Made by a program: the position numbers and the translations under genes
Notes under the pieces: model-generated
What the model saw: the letters and a program-made list of their open reading frames with translations, nothing else
What the model was told of the DNA's origin: nothing
Databases searched by the model: none
Part shown: positions 23,806 to 33,898 of the stretch, piece by piece
How positions within the stretch are numbered: the stretch's first letter is position 1
Layout: every line of letters begins with the position of its first letter
Assembly (NCBI GenBank): GCA_049903315.1
Contig: JBNGBT010000002.1
Location: forward strand, 160,001-224,000
DNA: 64,000 bases
Reading direction: 5' to 3'
Source of the DNA: Candidatus Cloacimonadota bacterium
GTDB lineage: Bacteria; Cloacimonadota; Cloacimonadia; JGIOTU-2

Positions 23806-24348
23806 ATGAGTAGATTACAAGATAAATTCAAAAAAGATATCATACCTGATCTTACGAAAAAACATAAGTATTCAAATGTGATGGACGTCCCCAGACTGAA
23901 AAAAATAACCGTTAATATCGGTGTGGGTGAAGCAACTGAAAATAGAGCATCGCTGGATAATGCGCGTAAAGAAATTGAAACCATCACAGGACAGCATGCA
24001 GTGATTACTCTAGCAAAGAAATCAATATCAAATTTTAAATTACGTAAAGGTATGCCTATCGGTTCGATGACTACCTTGCGCGGTGAAATGATGTATGAAT
24101 TCGCCGATAAACTGATCAGTATTGTGCTTCCACGTATCCGTGACTTTAATGGCGTATCACCTCATGGATTTGACGGTCGCGGTAATTATACATTGGGTAT
24201 CAAAGAGCAGACTGTGTTTCCTGAAATTGATTATGATAAAGTCGATAAAGTTCGTGGTTTAAATATCACTTTTGTGACAACTGCAAAGACTGATGAAGAG
24301 GGTTTCAATCTTCTGAAAGCTCTTGGCATGCCCTTTGCTCAGAAATAA
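23806..24348 (+). CDS. rplE: 50S ribosomal protein L5
   Basis: [26 protein letters not shown]. Confidence 0.99.
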   Translation: MSRLQDKFKKDIIPDLTKKHKYSNVMDVPRLKKITVNIGVGEATENRASLDNARKEIETITGQHAVITLAKKSISNFKLRKGMPIGSMTTLRGEMMYEFADKLISIVLPRIRDFNGVSPHGFDGRGNYTLGIKEQTVFPEIDYDKVDKVRGLNITFVTTAKTDEEGFNLLKALGMPFAQK

Positions 24349-24365
24349 AAATATTAAGGAATTGT

Positions 24366-24551
24366 ATGGCACGTAAAGCGTTAATTGTTAAATGTAAAAG
24401 AGAAAAAAAATTCAAAGTTCAAGATTATAATAGATGTGAACTGTGCGGAAGATCTCGTGCATATTTACGAGATTTTGGAATTTGCAGATTATGTTTTAGG
24501 AAACTTGCACTGGAAGGCAAAATTCCAGGCGTTAAAAAGGCTAGCTGGTAG
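24366..24551 (+). CDS. rpsN: 30S ribosomal protein S14, type Z (Zn-binding)
   Basis: 61 aa; [23 protein letters not shown]. Confidence 0.97.
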   Translation: MARKALIVKCKREKKFKVQDYNRCELCGRSRAYLRDFGICRLCFRKLALEGKIPGVKKASW

Positions 24552-24562
24552 TCGGAGGATAT

Positions 24563-24976
24563 ATGGCAAATTCTGATCCAATCGCACAAATGCTCACAGT
24601 TATCCGTAATGGAATACAGGCAAAGAAGAAATTCGTTATTGTTGATTCTTCAAATTTAAAAAAAGATATAGTACGAATCCTTCACGAGGAGAATTTCATC
24701 ACAAAATATTCTGTCCTTGAGCCTTCTGAAAAAGATAATCGTAAATTCGAAGAGATAAAGATCTATCTTCGCTATATGAATGATTTTGAATCTGTTATCA
24801 AGGGATTGCAGAAAGTCAGCAAGCCAAGCAAACGCGTGTATGTCGATTCAAAAAACATTCCCGTTGTGTTAAATCATATAGGAATCGCAATTCTTTCCAC
24901 CAACAAAGGCGTTCTCATTGATAGAGATGCCAGAAAATACAATGTTGGCGGCGAATATATCTGTAAAATTTGGTAA
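24563..24976 (+). CDS. rpsH: 30S ribosomal protein S8
   Basis: DPIAQMLTVIRN, ILSTNKG, VGGEY. Confidence 0.97.
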   Translation: MANSDPIAQMLTVIRNGIQAKKKFVIVDSSNLKKDIVRILHEENFITKYSVLEPSEKDNRKFEEIKIYLRYMNDFESVIKGLQKVSKPSKRVYVDSKNIPVVLNHIGIAILSTNKGVLIDRDARKYNVGGEYICKIW

Positions 24977-24987
24977 AGGGGTAATCA

Positions 24988-25572
24988 ATGTCCAGAGTAG
25001 GTAAAGATCCAATTGTTATTCCCGAGAAGGTTACTGTCGATGTGAAGGGACGACATGTGAAAGTTACAGGTCCCCTTGGAACATTAGAACGCGATCTCAA
25101 TAATGGAATTTCTATAAAAATTAAAGATAATCAAATACTTGTTGCACGTAAAAATGACGAGAAGGAGATGCGAGGTCTCCACGGCTTGAACAGATCACTT
25201 ATTGCCAATATGGTCGAAGGTGTATCAAATGGGTATTTGAAAAAACTTATGATCGTTGGAACAGGTTATAAGGCAGAGCTTCAGGGTAAATGGCTTGTAC
25301 TCAGTCTTGGTTTCTCTCATGATGTTTATTTTGAAATTCCGAAAGAAGTGAAAACTGAAATTGAAAAAATAGGGCGTGCGGAAGCAAGTAGTATTCCTGG
25401 TCTGCAGGCGATCATTGATTTTCGCAGCCATGATAAAGAGATGCTTGGCTCAGTCTGTGCAACTATTCGTGATATAAAACCTCCGGAATCTTATAAAGGA
25501 AAAGGTATTCGTTATGCTGACGAGCATATCCGTATCAAACCGGGTAAAGTTGCTGGTGGAGCAGGTGCCTAA
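24988..25572 (+). CDS. rplF: 50S ribosomal protein L6
   Basis: MSRVGKDP, PPESYKGKGIRY. Confidence 0.98.
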   Translation: MSRVGKDPIVIPEKVTVDVKGRHVKVTGPLGTLERDLNNGISIKIKDNQILVARKNDEKEMRGLHGLNRSLIANMVEGVSNGYLKKLMIVGTGYKAELQGKWLVLSLGFSHDVYFEIPKEVKTEIEKIGRAEASSIPGLQAIIDFRSHDKEMLGSVCATIRDIKPPESYKGKGIRYADEHIRIKPGKVAGGAGA

Positions 25573-25581
25573 GGAGCAGAT

Positions 25582-25959
25582 ATGTTAAAGAAAAAAGTTA
25601 AAAAAAATATATTGTTAAGAAATCGTCGAAAAGTTGCTATCCGAAATAAAATTTCAGGAACAGCAGGAATGCCTCGTCTCAGCGTGTATAGAAGCTTGAA
25701 ACATATCTATGCTCAGGCAATTGATGATGATAACCAAGTGACACTTTGTGCGATTTCCAGTCTCAGTCCTGAGTATAAAGATAAGGCAAAAGAGGATATG
25801 AAACCTGTTGCAAAAGCGGGTCTTGTTGGCGAGCTCTTCGCCCAAAAATGTCTTAAGAAAAAGATTAAAAAAGTATGTTTTGACAGAAATGGTTTCAAGT
25901 ACCATGGTCGTGTAAAAGCCCTTGCAGAAGGTGCACGCAAAGCCGGTCTGGAATTCTAG
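25582..25959 (+). CDS. rplR: 50S ribosomal protein L18
   Basis: PRLSVYRS, FDRNGFKYHGRVKALA. Confidence 0.98.
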   Translation: MLKKKVKKNILLRNRRKVAIRNKISGTAGMPRLSVYRSLKHIYAQAIDDDNQVTLCAISSLSPEYKDKAKEDMKPVAKAGLVGELFAQKCLKKKIKKVCFDRNGFKYHGRVKALAEGARKAGLEF

Positions 25960-25969
25960 GAGTATTTAA

Positions 25970-26476
25970 ATGGAACGTGAAAGAAAACGTGACGAAAATG
26001 AATTAATATACGAGCAAGTCGTTGATACCAATCGTGTTTCCAAAGTTATTAAAGGTGGAAGACACTTCAGCTTTAATGCCACTGTTGTTGTTGGTGATAA
26101 AAACGGAAAAGTCGGTGTCGGAATGGGAAAAGCCAATGAAGTTATTCCCGCAATTAATAAAGCGAAGGATAAAGCAAGAAAATCTCTATTTGGTTTTCCG
26201 ATCCGTAATGGTACGATACCGCACATGATCGTTGGTAAATTCAGAGGTAGCAAAGTTCTTCTCAAGCCAGCGGCACCAGGTACAGGCGTTATCGCTGGCG
26301 GACCAATCCGTGCAATTCTTGAAGCTGCAGGTGTGGAAAATGTTCTGACCAAATCATTGGGATCAAGCACAAAGCACAATATGGTGAAAGCCACTGTTCG
26401 TGCTCTTCAAGCACTCCGATCTCATGAGGAAGTCGCAAAACTGCGTGGTAAAACTGTCGCAGAACTGGTATCATAA
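25970..26476 (+). CDS. rpsE: 30S ribosomal protein S5
   Basis: [19 protein letters not shown]. Confidence 0.98.
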   Translation: MERERKRDENELIYEQVVDTNRVSKVIKGGRHFSFNATVVVGDKNGKVGVGMGKANEVIPAINKAKDKARKSLFGFPIRNGTIPHMIVGKFRGSKVLLKPAAPGTGVIAGGPIRAILEAAGVENVLTKSLGSSTKHNMVKATVRALQALRSHEEVAKLRGKTVAELVS

Positions 26477-26494
26477 ATAAAGGTTGATCAAGAA

Positions 26495-26689
26495 ATGAAA
26501 CTAAAAATAACATTAGTAAGAAGCCCGATCGGACAGAAGCCCAATACCAGAAAGACTGTTGAGGCATTAGGACTTCGCAAGCTCCATCATTCTGTTATTC
26601 AGAAAGATACACCTCCAATCTTGGGAATGATCAAAACTGTCCAACATCTCGTGGAAGTGGAAGAAATCAAAGGAAGAGGTTCCAAATGA
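26495..26689 (+). CDS. rpmD: 50S ribosomal protein L30
   Basis: ITLVRSPIG, ALGLRK. Confidence 0.96.
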   Translation: MKLKITLVRSPIGQKPNTRKTVEALGLRKLHHSVIQKDTPPILGMIKTVQHLVEVEEIKGRGSK

Positions 26690-27141
26690 AATTGAATGAA
26701 CTCAAACCTCCTCGAAATTCTCGTAAGAAGAAAACCCGTCTGGGCAAAGGTGATGGCTCCGGAAAAGGCAAAACAAGCGGTCACGGCATGAATGGACAAA
26801 AATGCAGAAGTGGTGCCAGCATTCCTAACTGGTTTGAAGGCGGGCAAATGCCTATTCATCGCAGGTTGCCTATGAAGGGCTTTAATAATAGTAAATTTTC
26901 AAAGAAATATAGAATAATTTCCTTGAATGCACTTGCAGAACTTGAAGATAGTATTATTGATATCGAAATCATGGAAAAACATGGCTTGATAGATACACAG
27001 AATCATAAAGTTCAAATGGTGAAAGTTTTAGCTAACAAGGAAAACAAATTTGATAAAAAGAAAGTAATCAAAGCCAACAGTTTTAGTAAATCTGCACTTG
27101 AAATCATCCAGAAAGTTGGCGGAAAAGCCGAGGTCGTATAG
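26686..27141 (+). CDS. rplO: 50S ribosomal protein L15
   Basis: GSGKGKTSGHG, FEGGQMPIHRRLP. Confidence 0.97.
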   Translation: MKLNELKPPRNSRKKKTRLGKGDGSGKGKTSGHGMNGQKCRSGASIPNWFEGGQMPIHRRLPMKGFNNSKFSKKYRIISLNALAELEDSIIDIEIMEKHGLIDTQNHKVQMVKVLANKENKFDKKKVIKANSFSKSALEIIQKVGGKAEVV

Positions 27142-28454
27142 TGCTAAAATCACTATTTAACGTCTTTAAAGTACCTGAACTCAAGAAGAAAGTTCTCTTT
27201 ACTCTTGGAATTCTTATTGTTTATCGATTGGGTAGCCATATTCCCACTCCGGGAATCAATACTTCAGCGCTTGGAGAATTTTTTGCAACTCAGGGTAATA
27301 CCATTTTTGGTATGATCGACCTCTTTGTGGGCGGAAACCTGAGCAAGGCAACAATCTTTGCCCTGGGTATCATGCCGTACATTACTGCTTCGATTGTGAT
27401 GCAGCTTCTTGGCGGAGTAATTCCGTTTTTTGAAAAGCTTAAAAAAGAAGGACCCGAGGGGCAGAAAAAAATTACTCAGTATACTCGTTACGGAACCCTC
27501 GTTATCGGTATTTTCAATGCATTCTGGATAACAACGTTCCTTGAGAGCATCACGGCTCCTTCCGGTGCAGCAGCAGTTCCTTTCCCGGGATTGATGTTCA
27601 AATTCGTAACCATACTCACGCTTGTGACCGGTACGATCCTCATCATGTGGCTAGGTGAACAGATCACAGAAAGAGGTATCGGAAACGGGATTTCGCTCAT
27701 CATCTTCATTGGTATTATTGCCCGCTATCCCAACGGGTTTATAAACATGTTCAAGATGGTGACGACAGGCACTCTTTCCATTCTCCTTGCTATCGGAGTA
27801 ATTGTATTTATGGTTCTGATCACTGCTGCGGTTATTCTTATCACAGAAGCGACCAGAAAGATCCCTGTGCAATATGCAAAGCGCGTCATAGGCAGGAAGA
27901 TCTATGGCGGACAAGCAACTCATATACCGCTTAAAGTAAACTCTGCTGGTGTTATCCCGATCATTTTTGCACAATCCGTACTCATGTTCCCCCAAACGAT
28001 CACGACGTTTTTTAAGAATAGTGATTTCATGCACACTCTCTCAAGCTGGCTTTCTCCTGGTGCATTTCTGCATACAACACTTTACGTAATCATGATCGTG
28101 TTCTTTGCCTACTTCTATACTGCTATTGTACTCAATCCCACAGAGATTGCAGAAAATATGAAAAAATATGGCGGCTTTATTCCCGGACGCAAGCCCGGAA
28201 AGAGAACTGCCGAATATATAAACAGTGTGATTGTTCGTATCACCTTACCAGGCGCAATATTCTTTGCATTCATCGCAGTTATACCAACATTCCTCATCAA
28301 ATATGCCAGGCTTCCATTCTATTTTGGAGGTACAGGCTTGATCATTATTGTCGGTGTAGCGCTTGATACTCTGAAGCAAATAGAATCTCACCTCGTTATG
28401 CGTCATTATGACGGATTTATGAAAAAAGGTAAATTGCGGGGTAGGTCAAGGTGA
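27141..28454 (+). CDS. secY: Preprotein translocase subunit SecY
   Basis: IFALGIMPYITASI, WLGEQITERGIGNGIS, FIPGRKPG. Confidence 0.99.
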   Translation: MLKSLFNVFKVPELKKKVLFTLGILIVYRLGSHIPTPGINTSALGEFFATQGNTIFGMIDLFVGGNLSKATIFALGIMPYITASIVMQLLGGVIPFFEKLKKEGPEGQKKITQYTRYGTLVIGIFNAFWITTFLESITAPSGAAAVPFPGLMFKFVTILTLVTGTILIMWLGEQITERGIGNGISLIIFIGIIARYPNGFINMFKMVTTGTLSILLAIGVIVFMVLITAAVILITEATRKIPVQYAKRVIGRKIYGGQATHIPLKVNSAGVIPIIFAQSVLMFPQTITTFFKNSDFMHTLSSWLSPGAFLHTTLYVIMIVFFAYFYTAIVLNPTEIAENMKKYGGFIPGRKPGKRTAEYINSVIVRITLPGAIFFAFIAVIPTFLIKYARLPFYFGGTGLIIIVGVALDTLKQIESHLVMRHYDGFMKKGKLRGRSR

Positions 28455-29122
28455 TCGACATGAAAAAACGCATAGTTGTGTTATTAGGTCCTCCAGGAGC
28501 AGGGAAGGGCACTCAGGCAGAATATATCAAAGAGAGATTTCATATTCCTCATATCTCAACAGGTGAAATACTGCGCGAGAACATTGATAAAGGTACACCC
28601 CTTGGTATCGAAGCAGATAAGTTCATGCACAAAGGCGATCTCGTTCCTGATGATCTTGTATTCGATATGTTAAAAGACCGCGTAAAGCAAAAGGATTGTG
28701 CTCCCGGTGCTTTGTTCGATGGATTCCCAAGGAATATTGACCAGGCGGAAATGTTCTTCAATATGGAATACGTTTCCTCAAATGCAAAAGTCAGTGCAAT
28801 TCTCATAGATATTCCTGATGACGAGGTCATTAAGCGCTTATCCAACAGACGATATTGCCCAAGTTGTAAAAGCATTTATAATCTGATTCATAAAGTGCCC
28901 AAGAAAAAAGCTGGAGATACCTTCCTCTGCGATAAATGTGGAACAGAACTTGAAATTCGTGATGATGATAAGGTCGAGACTATTAAGAATCGTTTGAAGG
29001 TTTTTCATAATGCTGCAGGACCACTCCTTGATTATTTCAGCAGAAAGAATGTTCTCCATAAAGTGAACGGCGCTACCTCTCTTGAGGAAGCTTCCAGTCA
29101 GATTGCTAAAATACTCGAATAA
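28451..29122 (+). CDS. adk: Adenylate kinase (Zn-binding LID)
   Basis: GPPGAGKGTQ, HISTGEILR, DGFPR; true start may be ATG 28460. Confidence 0.97.
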   Translation: MIDMKKRIVVLLGPPGAGKGTQAEYIKERFHIPHISTGEILRENIDKGTPLGIEADKFMHKGDLVPDDLVFDMLKDRVKQKDCAPGALFDGFPRNIDQAEMFFNMEYVSSNAKVSAILIDIPDDEVIKRLSNRRYCPSCKSIYNLIHKVPKKKAGDTFLCDKCGTELEIRDDDKVETIKNRLKVFHNAAGPLLDYFSRKNVLHKVNGATSLEEASSQIAKILE

Positions 29123-29124
29123 GT

Positions 29125-29892
29125 ATGATCACGATAAAGAATGCCCGGGAAATCAAACTCATGAGGGAGAGCAACGCTCTTGTTGCCCTCATACTTGATG
29201 AGTTGCATGATATGATCAAACCTGGCATGAATGCGTATGAACTGAATGAACGAGCAGAAGAGATTATTCGAGAGCATGGAGCAGTTTCGGCTTTCAAAGG
29301 CTATGAAATGGATGACCTTGATCCCTATGAATATTCGATCTGCTCATCGATCAACAGTGAGATCGTTCATGGGTATTCGACTAAAGATAAAATATTACAG
29401 AATGGTGATATAATCGGTATAGATGTGGGTGTTAAATTAAATGGTTTCTGCGGTGACGGAGCTCGGACTTTTGCAGTTGGAACGATTTCCAGAGAAGTTC
29501 AATTACTTCTCGATTGTACCAGAAAAGCCCTTGAAAATGGAATTGCACAGTGCACACCCGGCAAAAAAGTCGGAGATATTTCTGCAGCAGTAGAAAAAAC
29601 TGCTATGGATAACGGAGTATATGTCGCAGAATGGCTTACAGGACATGGAATCGGACGAGATTTGCACGAAGATCCGACAATACCAAACGTCGGCAAAAAA
29701 GGAACAGGACCTATGCTGAGACCTGGTATGACCATATCAATTGAGCCGATGTTCAATATTGGAACGTCAAAAGCTGTAGAAAAAGAATGGGTCTATTACA
29801 CGATGGATGGTTCACCATCTGCACATTTCGAAAACACCGTTCTTATTACAGAAAATGAACCAGAGATCTTAACGAAAACAAGGAGTTCGTAA
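29125..29892 (+). CDS. map: Methionine aminopeptidase type I
   Basis: [33 protein letters not shown]. Confidence 0.97.
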   Translation: MITIKNAREIKLMRESNALVALILDELHDMIKPGMNAYELNERAEEIIREHGAVSAFKGYEMDDLDPYEYSICSSINSEIVHGYSTKDKILQNGDIIGIDVGVKLNGFCGDGARTFAVGTISREVQLLLDCTRKALENGIAQCTPGKKVGDISAAVEKTAMDNGVYVAEWLTGHGIGRDLHEDPTIPNVGKKGTGPMLRPGMTISIEPMFNIGTSKAVEKEWVYYTMDGSPSAHFENTVLITENEPEILTKTRSS

Positions 29893-30110
29893 TGGCTAAA
29901 GACGGCCTCATAGAAGTTGACGGCACGGTCGTTGAAGCGCTTCCCGGCACGAAATTTATCGTGGAACTGGAAAACGGACATAAAGTTCATGCTCATATTT
30001 CAGGTAAGATGAGAATGCATTATATTCGTATTCTTGTCGGTGATAAGGTCAAAATGGAACTCTCTCCTTATGACCTGAATAAGGGTCGTATCGTTTATCG
30101 TTATAAATAA
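29892..30110 (+). CDS. infA: Translation initiation factor IF-1
   Basis: [20 protein letters not shown]. Confidence 0.99.
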   Translation: MAKDGLIEVDGTVVEALPGTKFIVELENGHKVHAHISGKMRMHYIRILVGDKVKMELSPYDLNKGRIVYRYK

Positions 30111-30128
30111 ATTAAAGGAATTTTTATC

Positions 30129-30245
30129 ATGAAAGTTCGAGCATCAGTAAAGAAACTTTGTAAAGATTGTAAGATTGTCAAGCGCAAAGGGCGCATATAT
30201 GTAATTTGTTCATCAAATCCAAAACATAAACAGAGACAAGGCTAA
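30129..30245 (+). CDS. rpmJ: 50S ribosomal protein L36
   Basis: Translated by hand: [38 protein letters not shown]. Confidence 0.97.
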   Translation: MKVRASVKKLCKDCKIVKRKGRIYVICSSNPKHKQRQG

Positions 30246-30257
30246 TTAGGAGGCACT

Positions 30258-30623
30258 TTGGCAAGAATAGCAGGTGTTGATTTACCGAATGAAAAGCGAA
30301 TTGAGATTGGCTTGACGTATATTTTTGGTATAGGTCGCTCAACCTCTAATGTGATACTGGAAAAAGCCGGTGTCGATAATAATAAAAAAGTAAAAGATCT
30401 TACTGACCAGGAAATCATTAAATTGCGTGATATCATCAGAGACGGTTATATAATCGAAGGTGATCTGCGCAAAGAAAGAACCATGAATGTCAAACGTCTC
30501 ATGGAGATTGGTTGCTATCGTGGTTTGCGTCATCGTATCGGTCTTCCTGTTCACGGACAGAGCACACACTCAAATGCCCGTACGAGAAAGGGACCACGAA
30601 GTAGCCGAGTCGGCAGAAAGTAA
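30258..30623 (+). CDS. rpsM: 30S ribosomal protein S13
   Basis: [26 protein letters not shown] start. Confidence 0.98.
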   Translation: MARIAGVDLPNEKRIEIGLTYIFGIGRSTSNVILEKAGVDNNKKVKDLTDQEIIKLRDIIRDGYIIEGDLRKERTMNVKRLMEIGCYRGLRHRIGLPVHGQSTHSNARTRKGPRSSRVGRK

Positions 30624-30634
30624 CAGGAGAAAAG

Positions 30635-31036
30635 ATGGCAGTAAAAGCAAAACAGAAAAAAACAGTAAGAAAAAAGAAAGTCCGCCTTCAAGAGACAGAC
30701 GGTATCGCTCATATCCAGGCAACTTTTAATAATACTATAATCACAATTACTGATAAAAAAGGTAATGTGATCGCCTGGTCAAGCTGTGGTAAAAATGGAT
30801 TCAAGAATTCAAAGAAAAGCACTTCATATGCAGCTCAACAGACTGCAAAAGATATCGCATCCACAGTATTGAACATGGGTTTAAGAAATATTCATGTGAG
30901 GGTGAGTGGACCTGGTTCCGGAAGAGATTCTGCAGTTCGTTCACTTCAGGGCGAAGGTTTGAATGTATTGTCAATTCTTGATACGACTCCCATTCCTCAT
31001 AATGGTTGTCGACCACCCAAACGAAGAAGAATATAA
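30635..31036 (+). CDS. rpsK: 30S ribosomal protein S11
   Basis: [27 protein letters not shown]. Confidence 0.99.
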   Translation: MAVKAKQKKTVRKKKVRLQETDGIAHIQATFNNTIITITDKKGNVIAWSSCGKNGFKNSKKSTSYAAQQTAKDIASTVLNMGLRNIHVRVSGPGSGRDSAVRSLQGEGLNVLSILDTTPIPHNGCRPPKRRRI

Positions 31037-31047
31037 GAGGATTCAGA

Positions 31048-31677
31048 ATGGCTAGATTTTTAGGCTCAAAATGTAAATTATGTAGAAGAGAAGGCGTAAA
31101 ACTCTTTTTAAAGGGTGCACGTTGTTACACTCAAAAGTGTAGTATTGAACGCAGAAATACTCCCCCTGGAGAGACCAAAAGAAGATATCGCGCAAAGTTA
31201 AGTGACTATGCAGTTCATCTTCGCGAAAAGCAAAAAGCAAAACGCACTTATGGTCTTCTTGAAAAGCAGTTTAAAAACTATTTCAAGAAAGCATCCCAAA
31301 TGAAGGGTGTTACAGGCGAAAATCTTTTGAGACTTCTCGAAATTCGATTAGATAATACTATCTATAGAATGGGATATGCAACCTCACGAAATGCTGCTCG
31401 ACAGCTTGTGAATCACGGACATGTGCTAGTTGATGGAAAAAAAGTAGATATTCCATCATTCCTTGTTGCACCCGGACAAAAGATCGAAATCAAAAGTAAA
31501 AGCAGACAAATACCCAATATCCACGAAGCAATGGAAGCTCACAAGTCACTTGACCAGTTCAACTGGCTTGAAGTTCATCCTGAAGAATTTTCTGGTTATG
31601 TGAAAGCACTGCCAACAGCTGACCAGCTTCCGCAGGATATTGATCATAGATTAATTATTGAATTCTACTCTAAATAA
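31048..31677 (+). CDS. rpsD: 30S ribosomal protein S4
   Basis: CKLCRREG, LREKQKAK, ARQLVNHGH; start at ATG 31048. Confidence 0.98.
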   Translation: MARFLGSKCKLCRREGVKLFLKGARCYTQKCSIERRNTPPGETKRRYRAKLSDYAVHLREKQKAKRTYGLLEKQFKNYFKKASQMKGVTGENLLRLLEIRLDNTIYRMGYATSRNAARQLVNHGHVLVDGKKVDIPSFLVAPGQKIEIKSKSRQIPNIHEAMEAHKSLDQFNWLEVHPEEFSGYVKALPTADQLPQDIDHRLIIEFYSK

Positions 31678-31692
31678 AAAATAGGAGTACAC

Positions 31693-32703
31693 ATGGTTGA
31701 TTTAGAACCAATCCAAATGCCAACATATATTAAGAAGGACGATAAGACCTATTCTGATACGTATGGCAAATTCACTATCGGTCCATTCGAGCAAGGGTTC
31801 GGCACAACGATCGCGAATTCTTTCCGTCGTGTGCTCTTGTCTTCAATACAGGGTGGAGCAGTCCGTTTTGTGAAGGTACATGGGCTTCAGCATCAATATG
31901 CTGCGATTCCTGGTTCGCGCGAAGACTATATCGAACTTATTCTCAACCTGAAAAATCTTGTACTTAAGATCAACAGCAATATAGAAGAGAAGCTCGAACT
32001 TTCTGTGAAAGGTCCCGGCAAGATCACTGCAGGACAGATCACTACTCCAAAGGATGTTGAGATCATAAATAAAGACCTGTATCTCCTTGAACTGGTCGAT
32101 GATGTTGAATTTCATATGGAACTCTGGGCTAATAACGGTATCGGCTATGTCCGCGAAAATGAGCATGATACCACTGATACACAAATAGGGGTTATTCCTA
32201 TTGATTCAATTTATTCTCCTATTCGCAAAGTGAATTTCACTATCGGAAGAGAAAGAGTTGACGAGAAGATAGATTATGATAAGATCAATCTCGAGATGTG
32301 GACTGATGGAAGTATTGTGCCTGAAGAAGCACTCAGTCTTTCTGCAAAGATATTAAAAGATTGTTTCCAGGCAATTATTCAATTTAAAGAAGAACCAAAA
32401 TATATCAAGAGAGAAAAGATCGATCCTGAACTGAAAAATCTTCAGAAACTTATGAAAATGAAGGTTACTGAACTAGAACTGAGTGTTCGATGCAGCAACT
32501 GTCTTGCAGCTTCCAAGATCGAATTTGTAAAAGAACTGGTTGCAAAATCAGAGAACCAGCTTCTTCGCTTACGAAATTTCGGCAAGAAGTCTCTCGATGA
32601 AGTCAAAACTGTGCTAGATCGCTATGGATTGAAACTTGGAATGGATATTGAAAAAATAGATGACCAACTTGACACTCTTAAAAAAATTGAGGAACAAAAA
32701 TGA
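31693..32703 (+). CDS. rpoA: RNA polymerase alpha subunit
   Basis: GFGTTIANSFRRVLLSS, ELELSVR, RNFGKKSLDE. Confidence 0.98.
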   Translation: MVDLEPIQMPTYIKKDDKTYSDTYGKFTIGPFEQGFGTTIANSFRRVLLSSIQGGAVRFVKVHGLQHQYAAIPGSREDYIELILNLKNLVLKINSNIEEKLELSVKGPGKITAGQITTPKDVEIINKDLYLLELVDDVEFHMELWANNGIGYVRENEHDTTDTQIGVIPIDSIYSPIRKVNFTIGRERVDEKIDYDKINLEMWTDGSIVPEEALSLSAKILKDCFQAIIQFKEEPKYIKREKIDPELKNLQKLMKMKVTELELSVRCSNCLAASKIEFVKELVAKSENQLLRLRNFGKKSLDEVKTVLDRYGLKLGMDIEKIDDQLDTLKKIEEQK

Positions 32704-33461
32704 GACATCACAGAAAAGGTACTTCATCATTTGGCAGACTATTAGGACCTAAAAAAGCACTTTTGAATAATCTCGTAAAATCACTTTTGCAAAATAGCAG
32801 AATCGAAACGACCTATCGTCGAGCAAAAGAAACAGGCCGTCTCGCAGAAAAACTGATCACTTATGGAAAAAAGGATACGGTTCATTCGCGCAGACAAGCA
32901 TATAAAGTTTTAAAAGACAGAGATCTGGTAAAGAAACTCTTTGATGAAATCGCACCTCTCTTTAAAAATAGAAATGGCGGCTATACTCGTGTCATTAAAA
33001 CAGGTTTTCGTATTGGTGACGCAGCTCCCACAGCTATTGTCGAATTTGTAGAAGAGGAGATTACTGATAAGAAGAAAAAGAAATCCAAAACAGATAAATC
33101 AAAAGGCGCAAAGAAACCTGTTGTAGAAAAGAAAAAAGCAGAAAAGCCAAAAACTGAGAAAAAAGAAGAAGTCAAAAAAGTTGTCGAAGAGATCGAAGCA
33201 GAACCTGAAATTGAAGAAACTCCCGTAACTATCGAACCTGAGGTTGAAGAAAAACAAGAAGATCTCGAAGAAGCAAAAGAAGAAGTGGAAGAAGCTTTGA
33301 ATGAGGAAGTTGCAGAAGAAGCTCCAGTTGAAATTGAAGAAGAAGTTGTAGAAAAAAAAGTTGAAGAAGAAGAGAAAGTCGAGTCTGAAACTGAAAAGGA
33401 AGCCGAACCGGTAAAAGAAGAAAAATCTGAAGAAGTAGTTGACAAAGAAAAATCTGAATAG
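32700..33461 (+). CDS. rplQ: 50S ribosomal protein L17 with long charged C-terminal tail
   Basis: MRH.., IETT, RNGGYTRVIK, GDAAP; then ~135 aa Lys/Glu-rich tail. Confidence 0.97.
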   Translation: MRHHRKGTSSFGRLLGPKKALLNNLVKSLLQNSRIETTYRRAKETGRLAEKLITYGKKDTVHSRRQAYKVLKDRDLVKKLFDEIAPLFKNRNGGYTRVIKTGFRIGDAAPTAIVEFVEEEITDKKKKKSKTDKSKGAKKPVVEKKKAEKPKTEKKEEVKKVVEEIEAEPEIEETPVTIEPEVEEKQEDLEEAKEEVEEALNEEVAEEAPVEIEEEVVEKKVEEEEKVESETEKEAEPVKEEKSEEVVDKEKSE

Positions 33462-33520
33462 TTAATTTTACATAAAGTTTTCCCCCTAAAGCGGTAGCTA
33501 TATCGCTTTAAAGACCTCCT

Positions 33521-33558
33521 CAGCCCAGGTGGCCTCCCCTCTGCCTGGGCTGTTTGTT
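33521..33558 (+). terminator. Intrinsic terminator ending the alpha operon
   Basis: CAGCCCAGGTGG-CCTCCCCT-CTGCCTGGGCTG followed by TTTGTT. Confidence 0.75.
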
Positions 33559-33604
33559 ATTGACTGAAAATTAAGTTGAGTTAATAAATTAATAAGGAGT
33601 AACT

Positions 33605-33811
33605 ATGCAAGATAAATGGGTATGCCCAAAATGTAAAAACAATCAATATGAAACCGACCAGTTCCAGGCAACCGGCGGTACTTTTACAAAACTGTTCAAC
33701 GTCCAATCCAAAAAATTCACAACAGTCACCTGCACACGCTGCAAATATACTGAAATCTATAAAGCTCCCACCAGTTCTTTGATTAATATCTTCGATTTCT
33801 TTACTAATTAG
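33605..33811 (+). CDS. Small zinc-ribbon protein (DUF2082/zinc_ribbon_13-like)
   Basis: CPKC...ATGG...FNVQSKKFTTVTCTRCKYTEIY; AAGGAG RBS. Confidence 0.8.
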   Translation: MQDKWVCPKCKNNQYETDQFQATGGTFTKLFNVQSKKFTTVTCTRCKYTEIYKAPTSSLINIFDFFTN

Positions 33812-33840
33812 AATTTCTACGATTCACAACCTTCATTATA

Positions 33841-33898
33841 GTTCAGGATAAACCTGAACCTACAAAAAAAATATGTGTAGCGACTGTTTATTCCGTCG
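33841..33898. repeat. Two divergent GTAG-type REP-like hairpins
   Basis: Minus strand GTAG-GTTCAGG-TTTAT-CCTGAAC (33841-33863); plus strand GTAG-CGAC-TGTTTATTCC-GTCG (33877-33898). Confidence 0.6.

Noticed and set aside
32981..33445. 154-aa Ser/Phe-rich antisense ORF
   Set aside because: Mirror of the GAA/AAA-rich rplQ tail.
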